From contig QPGO01000050.1 in the NCBI GenBank assembly GCA_008632985.1, forward strand, positions 434,001 to 498,000: a DNA stretch of 64,000 bases, written 5' to 3'. This DNA comes from Psammoneis japonica (taxonomy: Eukaryota). The notes below the pieces were generated by a model. That model made no database searches. It worked only from the letters and a program-made list of their open reading frames with translations, and was not told the origin of the DNA. Made by a program: the position numbers and the translations under genes. Positions 15,130 to 27,699 of the stretch are shown piece after piece. Within the stretch, counting starts at the first letter, position 1. Each line of letters starts with the position of its first letter.

Positions 15130-16830
15130 TTATTTGCGTGAACTTCTTTGTTCTCCTGCACCGTTTCGTCAGCGGCGTTGTGCTCATTGCTTGCGCCACC
15201 AAAGGTTCGAACCTGCGCCATGGGCGTTTTGCCCATTGTTTGCATCACTCAGGTTTGCACCTGAGCTGGGATGCGTTGTCGTGGCGAAACCCGCCCGTCG
15301 CAGTTTTAAGCCGCCACAACAATGAGCCGTCATCGAGCGCAGAATCCTAAAGCACGAGCACGCGAGAAAGTTGAGGAATCCCTGGAAAGGAATCAAAAAA
15401 AGACAGCGCGTAAAACAAGCCAAACCAAGTGCAATGATCTGTGTAAGTGGAAGAAATAACAAAGACGACAGGCCAAGAGATGTAAAAGCAGAGGAGATGC
15501 CACCATGCCAAAAATCTTGCCAAAATGCAAAGAGCGATTTTCTTTGTGACAGACTGTCCAGAGAGTGTCTTCGCCATGGTCAGAGCAGCACAGACCATGA
15601 CGAGCCCAACAGGAGCTGCAATGAATGCATTTTCATGATCGTCATCAAAGTGACACATTGCAATGCTGCCCCCCACAATGCTTGGAAATCCCTGCAAAAG
15701 CAAGGACCAGACCAGCCTCAAAAGGCACACCAGCTGGTCCATCCTGAATCGCTTGAGTTTGTCTTCACTCAACCGACACACTGTGGACAACATGAGGGCA
15801 AGGGAAAGACTGGAGAAAGGTGTGGCAATGCCCCACTGGATGAAAAATGCTTGAGCGGTTCATGTTGCATTGTTTCCTTTGGTGCCATGGTGTGCTGAGT
15901 CCTCTGGTGTGGTTGCTGGTGTTGAGAGCAACCATGCTGCTGTCAATGACAGGACATCTGCACAACTCATGGACGGGAGTGTGTCATGTGGGGCAGTGCT
16001 CTTCTTTCTTCAAACCATGTTGTGGGTCATGAATGATGATCCCTGTTGCATTCAATGCAAATAATTCAGCAGCTTTGAGACAACTGCACACAATGCCTTT
16101 TGTCCTTGACGACAAAATGAGCTCGCAGCAGAACAGACAAGATGGCCGAGGAGATTCTCAGCATCCATGCCAAGATCCTCTGGCATCTCAGCAACTCATC
16201 ACCCTCACATCCACACAAATGGCCTGCACTGTCCTGGTTGAAGGTGCAGTCTTCATCACCTTCTGCAAATGCCCAAGCGATCGATGGACTGACAAAGTCG
16301 TGCATGCAAGGGGGTGTTGCCCAACAAGGAAAGAATTGTTCNNNNNNNNNNNNNNNNNNNNNNNNNNNNNNNNNNNNNNNNNNNNNNNNNNNNNNNNNNN
16401 NNNNNNNNNNNNNNNNNNNNNNNNNNNNNNNNNNNNNNNNNNNNNNNNNNNNNNNNNNNNNNNNNNNNNNNNNNNNNNNNNNNNNNNNNNNNNNNNNNNN
16501 NNNNNNNNNNNNNNNNNNNNNNNNNNNNNNNNNNNNNNNNNNNNNNNNNNNNNNNNNNNNNNNNNNNNNNNNNNNNNNNNNNNNNNNNNNNNNNNNNNNN
16601 NNNNNNNNNNNNNNNNNNNNNNNNNNNNNNNNNNNNNNNNNNNNNNNNNNNNNNNNNNNNNNNNNNNNNNNNNNNNNNNNNNNNNNNNNNNNNNNNNNNN
16701 NNNNNNNNNNNGGATCAGCTCTTGCTTGCAAAACCACAGAAAACCTCTTCACTCCTGCTCCAAATGTTGCTTTGTAAGTCAGGAGAGGAAAGTGGTGAGC
16801 AGAGTCAAACCTCTCAGAGACAGCCTGGCG
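15130..16830. other. TpA/CpG-depleted degenerate domain 1 (spans the assembly gap)
   Basis: About 1 TpA and 13 CpG in 15541-16341 by manual count; TG/CA-rich. Confidence 0.85.
16342..16711. other. Assembly gap (370 N)
   Basis: Run of N. Confidence 1.
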
Positions 16831-17085
16831 CTCTAGAGCTAGAATTAATTGATGTAATGTGCTGGCTGCGTGGAATAGCACGATCATCTAAGATCGATAG
16901 GTGCACCAACTGCGCCAAAATAACCATCGCGAAACTTTCTTCGAACTTCAATGCAACGGAGAAACGGCCCACGCCACGTAGATTTCTACGTGTCTTGTAC
17001 CACGGCTCCTCCCTTGCAGACAGCAATCTCTTCTCGTTCGAGTGCTCTCACAATTTCTGAATTGCTCGTCAGTTCACAGTCCATC

Positions 17086-18160
17086 ATGAAAATCATGAAC
17101 TTTGTCCTTGCAATCATTGCCACCATGAGCGCTGGTGTCATCATCAGCCCTCTCTCTGCCTCGTTTGTTGATGCGGCAAAGCGCGGCGTTAGCGCCTTGT
17201 CGATCAAGGCAACCGCGGCGACCGACAGCATCGCCACGATCAACCAAGAGCTCCTACGCAAGTTTTTGGACAACACCCGTTACTCAGATGTCGATGATAC
17301 CTCCAGCTACTACCATAACATCATCAGCAATGACGCTCCCAACACTGTTCCCTTCGAAAACGCCATCCTCATTTCCAGCTTTTGCGTTTATTTTGACGAC
17401 GGCGACAAGTCTCCGAGTCGCGTCCAAGGCCTCCTACGCAACACTACGCCCACGATTGTACCAGCAGAAGACGCCAACGAGCATTGTGTCTATGAATATT
17501 TTGTTCAGGACAACAATGGCGACTCCAACGGCAGCCTCCAGCACATCTTTCACAACACCACTCCTACGGTTTGAGACCAAGTCAGTCCCGTTCCAAGATA
17601 CGTTCACGATATTTTTGGAGATCCAGTCTGCCTTCTTGTCGGATACGTACAGCATCTTTTCGGACATCAAGTCGGAAGTGTTTCAGCTTTGGTGGAAACT
17701 TGTGGACGTTATTTCGAACGACGTCGTCACGCAAATCCAGACTCAGGCACGCGTTCTGCAGGAACGCGATAATTTTTTGCCGTTTTTTCGGAACCCAATC
17801 TTGTCTAACCATCTCTCTGAGATCAAATGGAGTGTTGGACATTGGGGGAAGAGAGTTTTGGAATTCTCGACACGCTTGACTACGCTGGCAAAGACTCAGA
17901 CGAACCTTCTTTTCGAAAAGGTCTCGTTTCTGGACCCAATTCTGTCTGACTGTCGCTCTACAATTGAGTGGAAGGCTAAATATTGGGGAAAGAAATCGTT
18001 TGATACGCCAATGCGTTTGATGAACGTTCTTCAAGATTCTCTACCAGTTTTGAAACCCTGGGAAGAACCCGAGAACGCTGCTGAGGTGCCCGAACCTGCC
18101 ATTGGAAGTTGGGTCACAACTTTGAAACAAATCATGCTCGCCTTTCAAATCGTTGTTTAA
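17086..18160 (+). CDS. Hypothetical protein with signal-peptide-like N-terminus, frameshifted near 17560
   Basis: ORF MKIMNFVLAIIATMSAGVII... to 17574, apparently continuing in the 17135-18160 frame (FETKSVPFQD...). No recognised domain. Confidence 0.4.
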
Positions 18161-18299
18161 AAGTACCTGGAAGCATTAGATATTAGGTGGGAGAGAATGC
18201 AATCGAGACGTTAGTGAGTCTTGATTAGCATCGAGGGGATATATGTTATTAGATAGCTTCGAGCAGAAAGTACAGTACAATATTATCATGATCGTTCGC

Positions 18300-18460
18300 T
18301 ATTCTAAAGGGCTCTATGTAGGTTCCATATGGTTACCGGTACAGCCCTAGCTCTAGAGGGCTACACTCTAGAGTCGTACCGGTACTGTAGCTACTAGCAC
18401 ACTCTAGCTAGCTAGCCCTTTGTAGGTACTTTCTAAAGAGTATGGTAGAGCGAACACAGG
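18300..18460. repeat. TAG/CTAG-rich low-complexity tract
   Basis: Dense CTAG, CTCTAGAG, TACCGGTA and GCTAGCTAG words. Confidence 0.75.
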
Positions 18461-18812
18461 GACCAACGTCAAACATGAATCCTTTCCTTTTAGAGTACTT
18501 TCCAAGTATAGTTTGAGGAAAGCAACTAAATCGCGAGTCCACGTTCGGCGCATCCCGGATGCGTCTGCCTCCTCGCGTTATTCTTCATCAATAAAAACTC
18601 ATAATCCACTAACGACACATGGTATTTAAAAAAACCGTCATTGAAACTCAACAGTGAGAGATCAGCATCAGCGCGATTATTAGCTGGTACACACGCTCTC
18701 TCCGGCAAATATAGCTCCAACATCAAAGCAACACTTTTGTTTCATATCATTTTTCTAAAATTTCACGTCAAGCTTGTCGCTACACAACCAATCGCGGTGG
18801 ACCATCATACTC

Positions 18813-19571
18813 TTATACTTCCTCCACCCATTTCCAGATTCTCACCGCGGTCCTTGTTTTGATTTTTCTATAGATTGGTGGGATGAGACACGAGAGCCGC
18901 ACCGATCCTGGTGGTGCCAGCACCGTGGCAATCCCCGCCACTTGAGCCGCTGATTCCCGAGTCGATGTCATGACGACAAAAAATGACTCCTCATTATTTT
19001 CTTGCCACAGCTGTTCTGTCATGGGAAGTAGATAGGCCAGCGTTTTTCCAGAACCCGTTTCGGTGTGCAAAATGGTCGATTCTCCGTTTGCGAGCTATGG
19101 AATTGCGGCTGCTTGAATGGGCCTTGGGCTCACGAAATTGGCTTGGGCGAGAGCTAACCCAACCGTATGGGATAATTTTAATCCGGCAAAACGAAAGAGC
19201 GGAGTTGTCATTTCGGTATTCAAATAATCGGGTGTTTGTATCGATTCGTTTTCATTTTCAAGTGTCGGTGGTGTTTGCAAATCAGAATCAACAAGCCATT
19301 TTGCGAGATCCGGCTTCCGACCTTTCACGGGTAATCCACGTGACGACAATTCCTGTTTGAGTGAATTAGCCGACTGAATCATGTATTGTCTGTACAGAGC
19401 ATCCTCGTGATTTTCGGTTGGAGTTCGGGGATTCAATTTCTTCAAAGCGTCGAGTTGTTGTGCTGTTTTCTGCAGCGAGTCAAAAAGAACAAAGGAATGC
19501 GTCTGACGTTGATGTTTGGGAGGACAAAAAGCCAACAGCAATGATAGTATTGTCACATCAATCAAGAACAC
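18813..19571 (-). pseudogene. Truncated SAP-domain DEAD-box RNA helicase
   Basis: SAP-like LKQELSSRGLPVKGRKPDL, Q motif PRPIQAAAIP followed by TAG, Walker A ETGSGKTLAYLLP, motif Ia-like STRESAAQV. No DEAD motif or C-terminal domain follows. Confidence 0.8.
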
Positions 19572-19869
19572 GGTATAAGCAAAAAATTATCTCATTGCAT
19601 AAAGCGTCAGACAGTGATAGTGAAGGACACGCCGCTGATTCAGTTGTGCTCTGATGCTTGACGATGTGAATGAAATCGAGATGTTGTGCTGTTTTTTTTT
19701 GTTTTGTTAGATGCGTGGAGACGGAACCAGAGAAAGGAAGAAAAATGAGAATTAATCTATTTTGAACCCCTACAAATGCTTCATTCATCTGTTGCTGTCA
19801 TAACGTACCGTGCCGACCACGGTGCTATCGTAGGTGTATATCTGTTGCTACCGGTACTAAACCAGATCA

Positions 19870-22800
19870 TTATGTCACTGTTCCATCGACGACGACCGTA
19901 CTCTTTCCATTTTCCTTCACAACCTCGTCCATCAGGTCAAAGCTCTCCTCCAGTTCTTCGGCAGCAAGATCTTGCAGGATGATTAGAATTGTTGATGCTG
20001 CGAGTCCAGTGGCTTCAAGAGGACTCACGCTGTCAAGGTTTCGTCGAAGAATGCCGCGGAGAACCTTTCCAACATGACCACGACCATCGCGATCCAGGTG
20101 GGTTAGTGGCTCGTCCAAAACACATAGGGAGGGCCTCATTCTCCCTCGTCTTCCCATCAGATCAGCAAAACCAAGACTCATGGCAAGGGAGCAACGACGC
20201 CATTGGCCTCCCGACAATGATGAAAGCGGTCTTTCCGTCAAACTTCCGTCCCGTCCTCCTACAAACGCCCGCCGGGAAATTCTGTCTCCAGAATCGAGCT
20301 CCAACTCCAGCCGCTGGGTACCATCACTGAGATCATCCAAATAACCTTGAGTTGTTATCTGCAGTGCGCTGATTGCATTCTGCAAAACGAAAGTCTGAAC
20401 ACCACGAGGTCCGAAGATTTCTGCCACATCAGCCATAAGATTTGCTACCTTCAAATGATCGTCGTTCTCTTTGCTAAGGGCAGCAATAGTAGTTTCCGCC
20501 TTTCGGATATCATCGCTTATCCCCTCATAGATTGCTTCGGCTCCACGAAGGCGTTCCAGCTCAGTTGCAAGAGAAGTGTTCAATGCTTGAACCTCCGCTG
20601 CATGTTGAACATGCTTCGCCGCATCTGCAAACTGCGAAGACTTCTCCAGCTGCAGCTGCCGTGCATGGAGTAGCTCAGTTGTAACCTTTGATATTCGTTC
20701 TTCCCAATCGGTGTTGGCATCCTCCAATTGCGATTGCACGTCGATTCTGTTTTTCTCGATGTCGGAGAAAGAATTTTCAGCTGTCGTTAACGCAGTCATC
20801 TGCTTGTCCACGATAGTTTTTGCGTAGTCAACTGCTCGCTCGGCATCCGCAATCTCAAGCTCCACGGATTTCTTCAAATCCTCGCGAGAATGTCCGTCCC
20901 CGGAGCTCAAGATGGGCTGATGGCAAGTTGGACATACTTCGGGTGCGACGAACACAGGGCCGCACTTATCGTCGGAGAGATCGATATCCCACTTCATAGC
21001 AAGAGAGGCCAACTTCTCCCGCTCCGCTTGTAATTTCATTTCTGCTCCGTCAAAATTGCGCTGGGTCATCTGTAGCTGATCCCGCGACTTTGTTGTGGTC
21101 AGTGAAACCTTGCGGAGTTTGTTATCAAACGCAAGCAGCTCGGTATTCCTCTGGGATGTCTGATGCTGAAGCTGATTCTCTAACTCTTTCACGCGCCGGT
21201 TCGTTTGATAGAGATCCCTCTGAAGATCATCCAATGCGGATCGGTCGTCACCACCGGCTTTTGCATTCTGCTTTTCCATAAGTAGCTGTACTTGTCGCCT
21301 AGTAGCATCATAGGCAGCCTGCTTTATTTGAACCGTCTTGCTCGCATCTTCACGACGACTTTTTAAATCTTGCAAATCATTGCTTCTCATTGTAATCATC
21401 CCCTTTAGTTCAGTAGCTCTCTTGGACGCATCACGAGATTTGCTCCGTGCTAGCGACGCACCTTCTTGCCATAGATTGAGCGGCACAACCACGGACAACT
21501 CTTCTTTGAGCTTTGCATCACTTGCCTCCAACAGACCATTTATAGCGTGCTGACCATGAAAGATGGTACGAGCTAGGATTTGAGAGCCACCTAGCTTTTC
21601 GTCAATGAGTTGCTGTGTATCCTTGGCGGACTGAGTGGTAAGATCCTGTCCACCCAGGTGAAACGATAATCCACTTTTCCTTGCAGCCTTCGTGCGAGTA
21701 ATGGCAAAGTGCTCCCCATTTAGCGTGCCGCAAACTGAGACTCGCGCTGTCTGTTATTGATTCCGGCATTAAAAGTGAGCTGCAACTATGAATAACAGGC
21801 CAGCATTTCAGTTTACTCAATGTATCCTTGGACATACCTTACAATGATCATTCACTACGTCAGAGACTCTTGAATCTTGTAGAGGGCGGGAGTCCATGGA
21901 ACCTGTCAAGGCCCAGAGAGCCGCCATTGCTAAAGAAGACTTGCCGCTTCCGTTGCTAACCATTCGCAATCAGGAGGTCACAGAATGAGCTTCAGCACTT
22001 GTCCCCTGTAGACGACGTGGAGAGATGGAAACCGACCTCGTGATAACTTACCTGTCAGATCCTATATCCTTGTTAGATCCTCGAAGAAGTACAAGGCCTC
22101 GATCCTTAAGCGGATATGTAACAGCATCGTGGAATGGACCAAACCCTTGAAGCGTCACTGACTCGATCGAAAGCTCAGTATCTGTGGAGCGCAGGGAAGT
22201 AATAAACGTGGATTCATCATTTGATTGCAACTCGTTCAAAATACTAAGCGCTGCTCGGAGAAGTGGATCCGCGGTGGTGTTCGACATTGACTCTCTTGAT
22301 ACCTCGGACTCCAAGTAGGACGTGATTGTTGCTTCTGGTGTCATTTCCTCAAGCATCTGTCCTAAATTGCTGTTCCCATCCGCCATCTGCATTGGACCGA
22401 CAGGAACTGACTTTGTCTCCCGGACCTCGACCGAGACTCCACTTTTTCTGAGGTCCTTAATATGCGTATCAAATTTACTGATATCTAAATCTTCCTTTCG
22501 CCGCAATTCATCGAGATCTTCGTTGTGAATCGAAATAACCACTCGATCTCCCTTTTTTGCAGCAGCTGAAGCTGCCGAGTTCCCCGTTTCGTTCCCTCCG
22601 GATACGTTCAATTCGATTAGGTCTTTCACGGATGTTATTCGAAAATGTCGTCTCCCAATGCTCAGCGGTATTCGCTCAATGCAAGTCCAGTTTCTTCCAG
22701 CGTCCAGTACCAGGAGTGACTTTTGCTGTCCAGCTTCTGATAATGAAATTTCATACGGAGAGCCAATGTACTGAATATTCACGCCCCCTTTTGTCACTGT

Positions 22801-23901
22801 ATGAGGCTTGTGGAAGTGGCCAGAGTATATCGTTTTGTCAGGAGGAAACTTGGAGGGAGAATGCCTCCCTGTGACACAATCAAATCGTTCATGTAGGCTC
22901 CGGTGACATCAGCATGGACAAAGAGTGCCTGGCATGCCCGAGCTTGGTCAGATGTCAGTACGGCTTCCATTGTCGCCACGTCTCGAATGTGAGGCACAAA
23001 GAGAGCAGAACGAACTTGGTGGCATGGGAAAATACAAGCGGTCCTGCAAGCTTTGAAGAGTTCCGTCATTCTTTTCCGTTTCCACGCGGAATGAGTTTTC
23101 CAAGGAGTAAGGCCATGATTACGAGAGAGTCCCAGAGTTACTTGATCGTGATTGCCTGGTATGAGAACCAACGGCACCGTCCAAGAACGAAGTGCTTCCA
23201 ATATGGCATTAAGACAATCGACTCGAATTGTTCCTCGATGATGCCACCAGTCTCCCAAAAACAATACGCCAGCGTTGCGCTCACAAGCCAATGAGTGGAC
23301 TGTATCCAGAACCTCAATGCAAGTTTGTAGTGACGATGAAGATACGTGAAGGTCGGAGAACATGATCCACTTCTCATATGCGGCATGGTGTGCGCATTGC
23401 TCTAGAAATTGTCTCTCTTCCTTCCGTCTGCTTTCTCAAGGTTCTGCATGGCTGCGTCAGATCAACAGTCGTCGGCGGAGGTTGTTGAATCACGGAGTTT
23501 TCTTTGGTACCACTCACAGCTGTATTTGCGTCCGTATTGAGTTTGATACTGGATCCTCGGCATTTAATGGTAGTGTTCGACCCGCCTTCGATCGGCACTT
23601 GAACTGCATACCAACCACCTCCCCGCCGCTCCTTTACCGTACCACTGACAAGTTCTCCCTCAACAATGACTTGAACAGAGTCACCCTCTTGGAGAAGCGA
23701 ACGTGACATACCCAAGCGCACCAAATAGTTGGTAGGAACAGTCTGCGTCGTCAATTGTACGAGCCTGTGCGTGACAAACGGCGCTACAAAGGAGGCACGC
23801 CGTTGCGACGTCCGTGCAAAACCACGGGTCGCAATCACGCTGAACGCCATTACGAACAACAAGCAGAACAACGCACTCAACCGCTGTACTGAGGTCGTCA
23901 T
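19870..23901 (-). CDS. Fused SbcD (Mre11-like nuclease) - SbcC (Rad50-like SMC ATPase) protein with N-terminal targeting peptide; introns plus several 1-bp frameshifts
   Basis: Phosphoesterase motifs FSDLH, FLGDWWH, PGNHDQ, HAD, SGHFHKP, YIGSPYE. These are followed by LQGFGPF, Walker A NGSGKSS (about 21935-21958), a coiled coil with CPTC hook, LSGGQ signature and LDEP Walker B. Confidence 0.88.
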
Positions 23902-24724
23902 GGAACAATCCAATTCAAAGCCATACACTGAACTCAGCGGCTAGTGACTACGAATTATGAACTCCAGAAACGAACGCTTCACCGGCAACATGACAACAAA
24001 AAATGAAGGCAGGCCATAGCGATGTCGGATCTTATTGAAAGATACTCTACACAGACGTGAAAATAGATATCAGAAAATCTACAATCGGACACATACAAGA
24101 ACCTTAAAACAGACACTAAGACTACCTAACAATCGACCGGACCCGCGACTTGCACGGGGTCATCGCCAGCGATCGCCAATGGCGCTGTGGTCGCTCCCAT
24201 GGCTGTGATTGAACCACTTTTTGACGCAATCCTCGCAGTGTATAGCAAGAGATTTTATGGTTGGCCTTTGGGAAGTATTTTGAGTCCTCTCGAGGCCCTA
24301 GTTCACCAAAGAAGTATCTTTCTGTTTGTTCACGAATTGCATCGGTTGGTTGACGAATAAAGGTCCAAATTCAAAGCCTGGAGTCTCCTTTGGGATGACC
24401 AACATGAGATGTTGACATGTCGCCTCTGAAAATGCACTATACTCTTGCAAGAACGCAAGGAAAAGCCAACATACCGTTCATCGTTTCATGCGATCAAGAA
24501 GTGTTTTTCGGGATCGCTCGTGAAGGATTCTACGGTGTTCCTACGTGAGTTTTGTACTACCCAGGTGTCAAAAGAGGCCCATGGTATTTGCGCAGTCGTA
24601 TGTAGCGAACGTAGAAATTAACGGAAAACGGTCATGCGTAGAAAACATACCAGAATTGTGTGTGCCTTCACCAATCGTGGCAAGATGACCGTTCTTATAC
24701 TCGACTACAAGCTCGAATACGAAT

Positions 24725-25706
24725 ATGACCACGCAACCACCGAATCACTTTTCGGAAGTTCCAGAAGCGACCATAAAAAAATTTCACGATCGCTTGTGCT
24801 TCCTGTGCAACTTTTTGTACGATTTGACAATGACAATCAAGATCGAAAGAGAAGCTCTGTTGTGTGTACTAAGCACCGACCCACTGCAACCACCATTACA
24901 TGCGCAGCCGCCGTCGAAAGACGATGGTGATGATGTATCAACTGCTCCTCTGCAATGGGTTGTGACTAACGAGCTGCCGGTACCAAGTCTACGGAATCCT
25001 ACCGTAGAAAAAACAAAAAGTTTCGACGATGACTGCACAGTAACAACCGCCTCCTCTGCTTCTTCTTTTTCGCTCGACGAGCGTCGGGTAACCTTCGCCG
25101 AGCCACTGGTAACAGATGTAAGGACGAGGCCAAGGACTCCTAGGGAGGAGATATCATGTTTGTTTTACTCTTGTGAAGAAACAGCGAGGTATGTTCATGG
25201 TGCCCTTTCGGGCAATTCCGAAACCTGACATCACTGTGCGAATTTTTTAGCCATACTTTGAGTCGGTGCGAAAAATTTTGGACCAATCAGATGTGGCGAA
25301 ATTCTGGATCGCAACACGATCAAAAAATTCGCGTTTTGCACGTTGCTTGTTTCATCGTCCGTTGACCTCGCTCAAACGGTATGTTGTTCCTTTACTCACC
25401 CCCCGCTTGTCTTTTGCTATATTCACACAGGTTTCGTCAAGAGTACAGGTTAGACGAAAGCTACTCGCCGAACTGGAGGCTGATCCAGCTACTCATTCGA
25501 TTAACGATGAGGATCTGTCTCTGCTTCTGGATAACGAATCAAGCAATCGTCACCGTATTTCTCGCGTAGTTGTTATGCACAACGATAAGCTCGAAACTTT
25601 TGTTAACCCAGACTCACTCTCTCTGAAGAACACCCCCAAGTGTGAATCAAGCGATGACTTTTTTGACAGCGATAGCTTCTGGAGTGGATCCATTACTTGG
25701 TACTAA
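24725..25706 (+). CDS. Hypothetical protein (intron 25189-25430; probable 1-bp frameshift near 25455)
   Basis: ORF with RRVTFAEPLVTDV...LFYSCEETAR spliced GT..AG to FRQEYRL; ends DSFWSGSITWY. Confidence 0.6.
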
Positions 25707-26835
25707 CTGCCGGACACGCCATTTTCTGTATATGGGATTCGTGTTTGCCGGAGTTGTACGAAAGCACTGTTTATAAATTTATGGATCAATGCCCAGTAGG
25801 TGTTGTCAATTGCAAGAGTCAAGAGAGAGATGAGAGATGGTTTGGTCAAGTTTCGAACAAGGATGGGTGGTTAATGGAATGGAAAGAATGGAATTGGAAC
25901 GCGAGAAATACGGTGGTGTTGGATTGTACACCAAGAAACTCTACATATACCCAAGGAACCGTCCACGTTTGGACGAAATTGGGCTGGGAAATCTCACACA
26001 TGTTTTGGCTACTGTGAATGGCAACTTTTGCTGGTTTTGAATTCATATATCTACATACACAAGTGGAGTGAGGATCCACTTCACACGCACACTTTCACAA
26101 TGACGGGGACCACGAACTTCTAATGCAGGAGTGGTGTGAAACGTTGTACATATGTACCGCACTTAATTACAATAACTCTTAGACGGGGATTATTTACTTA
26201 CTTCTACAATACTGAGCAAGGCTTCACTCGGCACGGACTACCAGAACGTCTTTCGCAAGTCAACGCTTACTGCACTCTTCCTCTTGTGGTCTCAGTACAG
26301 CTGTAGCATCCGGTGCTACATTCACGAGTCACGAGCCTCTAGACAAACAACTACTGTGAAATAAGTCCCTGCTTCCTGACGATGATACAACCATTCTCAT
26401 TCGTTGTTGCAGCGCTCAACGGAAATCAGACCGACATGCAAACCTGCCGGGTGATCGGGAAGAGCAGTGACTATCAGAAAAGAATAGATGCGATTCAAAC
26501 AGCCCGAGCGTCTGGCTCAACGAGAAGGTTCCAAATTTTGTGAACAAAGAAAGGCTACCAAAACTAAGCGGGTCCGGCTCCAGAACAACAGCAGTGATCG
26601 AAGAATTACAACACGCCGCGGATAAGGTAGAGTGCTGCTTGATACTACGAAGCGTACTATTTCTACAATTTCATTCTTTTCGAAGTGATCACTTGACTCA
26701 GCAATCATTGACTGCCAGGCAAAGCAGGCGTCGGAGTGATGGGTACGGCGATAGACTCAATTGTTCATTCTGCGACGAAAAGTCCGTGCGAGCGAGAGCA
26801 AAAATCTTTGGAAATTTTTGTTACTGAAGCGTTGG

Positions 26836-27462
26836 TCACGGTATCACGGCCACTGAATTTCTGCAAGGCTCCAAAAAGATGACGTGAACCGTCGATTCCA
26901 CTGAAAAGCCGTAGTCTATGGGACGCCGGAAATCTTCCAGCATCTTCCCAGCGAAACACAAGCTGATATTTTCGCCAGGTACATGCCTCAAGTTCTCACG
27001 TGGGACACCGCCAAACAGCTCCACGGCTTTCAGTTTCAGCACAAGACACGGAAAGCAAAGCGAAGGCAATTGGATGCTGCATGTCTGCCGGTTCAAAGCT
27101 TTGAGATGAACCATGTAGGGCCGAGTTCTGGAAACTCTCCTGACCACGTGAAGAGTTGAGTGGGGAAGGATTCCAGCCTCGGAGAGGGTGACCTGGTCAC
27201 TTCCGTGTCCATGTAGCACAAAATCTACCGAAAACACAACGGATGCATCTCCCTCGTGACGAGGGTTCTTCTCCTTCCACAACGCCAACAGACGCTGTAG
27301 AAGTTCCCCAACTGACTCGCCCATCATTGCATCCTCAAAGTGCAGCTTCTGCGACTCCCACGGCGATTCTTTGAACGATTCATTGGAAATGTTGACTACA
27401 ATTGCATCCATTGCAGATTTGATGACAGCTTTGGGATTCACTCGATACTCGACACTCAACAA
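26836..27462 (-). CDS. Protein with two tandem ubiquitin-like domains (start uncertain)
   Basis: TLSEAGILPHSTLHVV and LCFAGKMLED..PIDYGFSVESTVHVI resemble the ubiquitin C-terminal half. No terminal GG. Confidence 0.65.
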   Translation of the reverse strand: MLSVEYRVNPKAVIKSAMDAIVVNISNESFKESPWESQKLHFEDAMMGESVGELLQRLLALWKEKNPRHEGDASVVFSVDFVLHGHGSDQVTLSEAGILPHSTLHVVRRVSRTRPYMVHLKALNRQTCSIQLPSLCFPCLVLKLKAVELFGGVPRENLRHVPGENISLCFAGKMLEDFRRPIDYGFSVESTVHVIFLEPCRNSVAVIP

Positions 27463-27699
27463 TCAAGACACCTGTTTGTCATCAGCACTGACGACCAACC
27501 AGATCAGTCACGAATCGAAGTCGGCGCGGCAGGCACAGGCGGGCACACCGGCATGCAGCAGTGCGTGTCAGCGCGTCTTTTCCCAACAGACGAGACATGT
27601 CCCCCCTGATGCTGTGCTAGCTGCTGTCAACACTGAACACCAACGCGTCGACTGCTAGTAGCTAGAGTAGAGATAGACTACCAGGCCGGGGGACGCCTC

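Noticed and set aside
16033..17060. ORFs of 211-273 aa
   Set aside because: They read through the 370-N gap.
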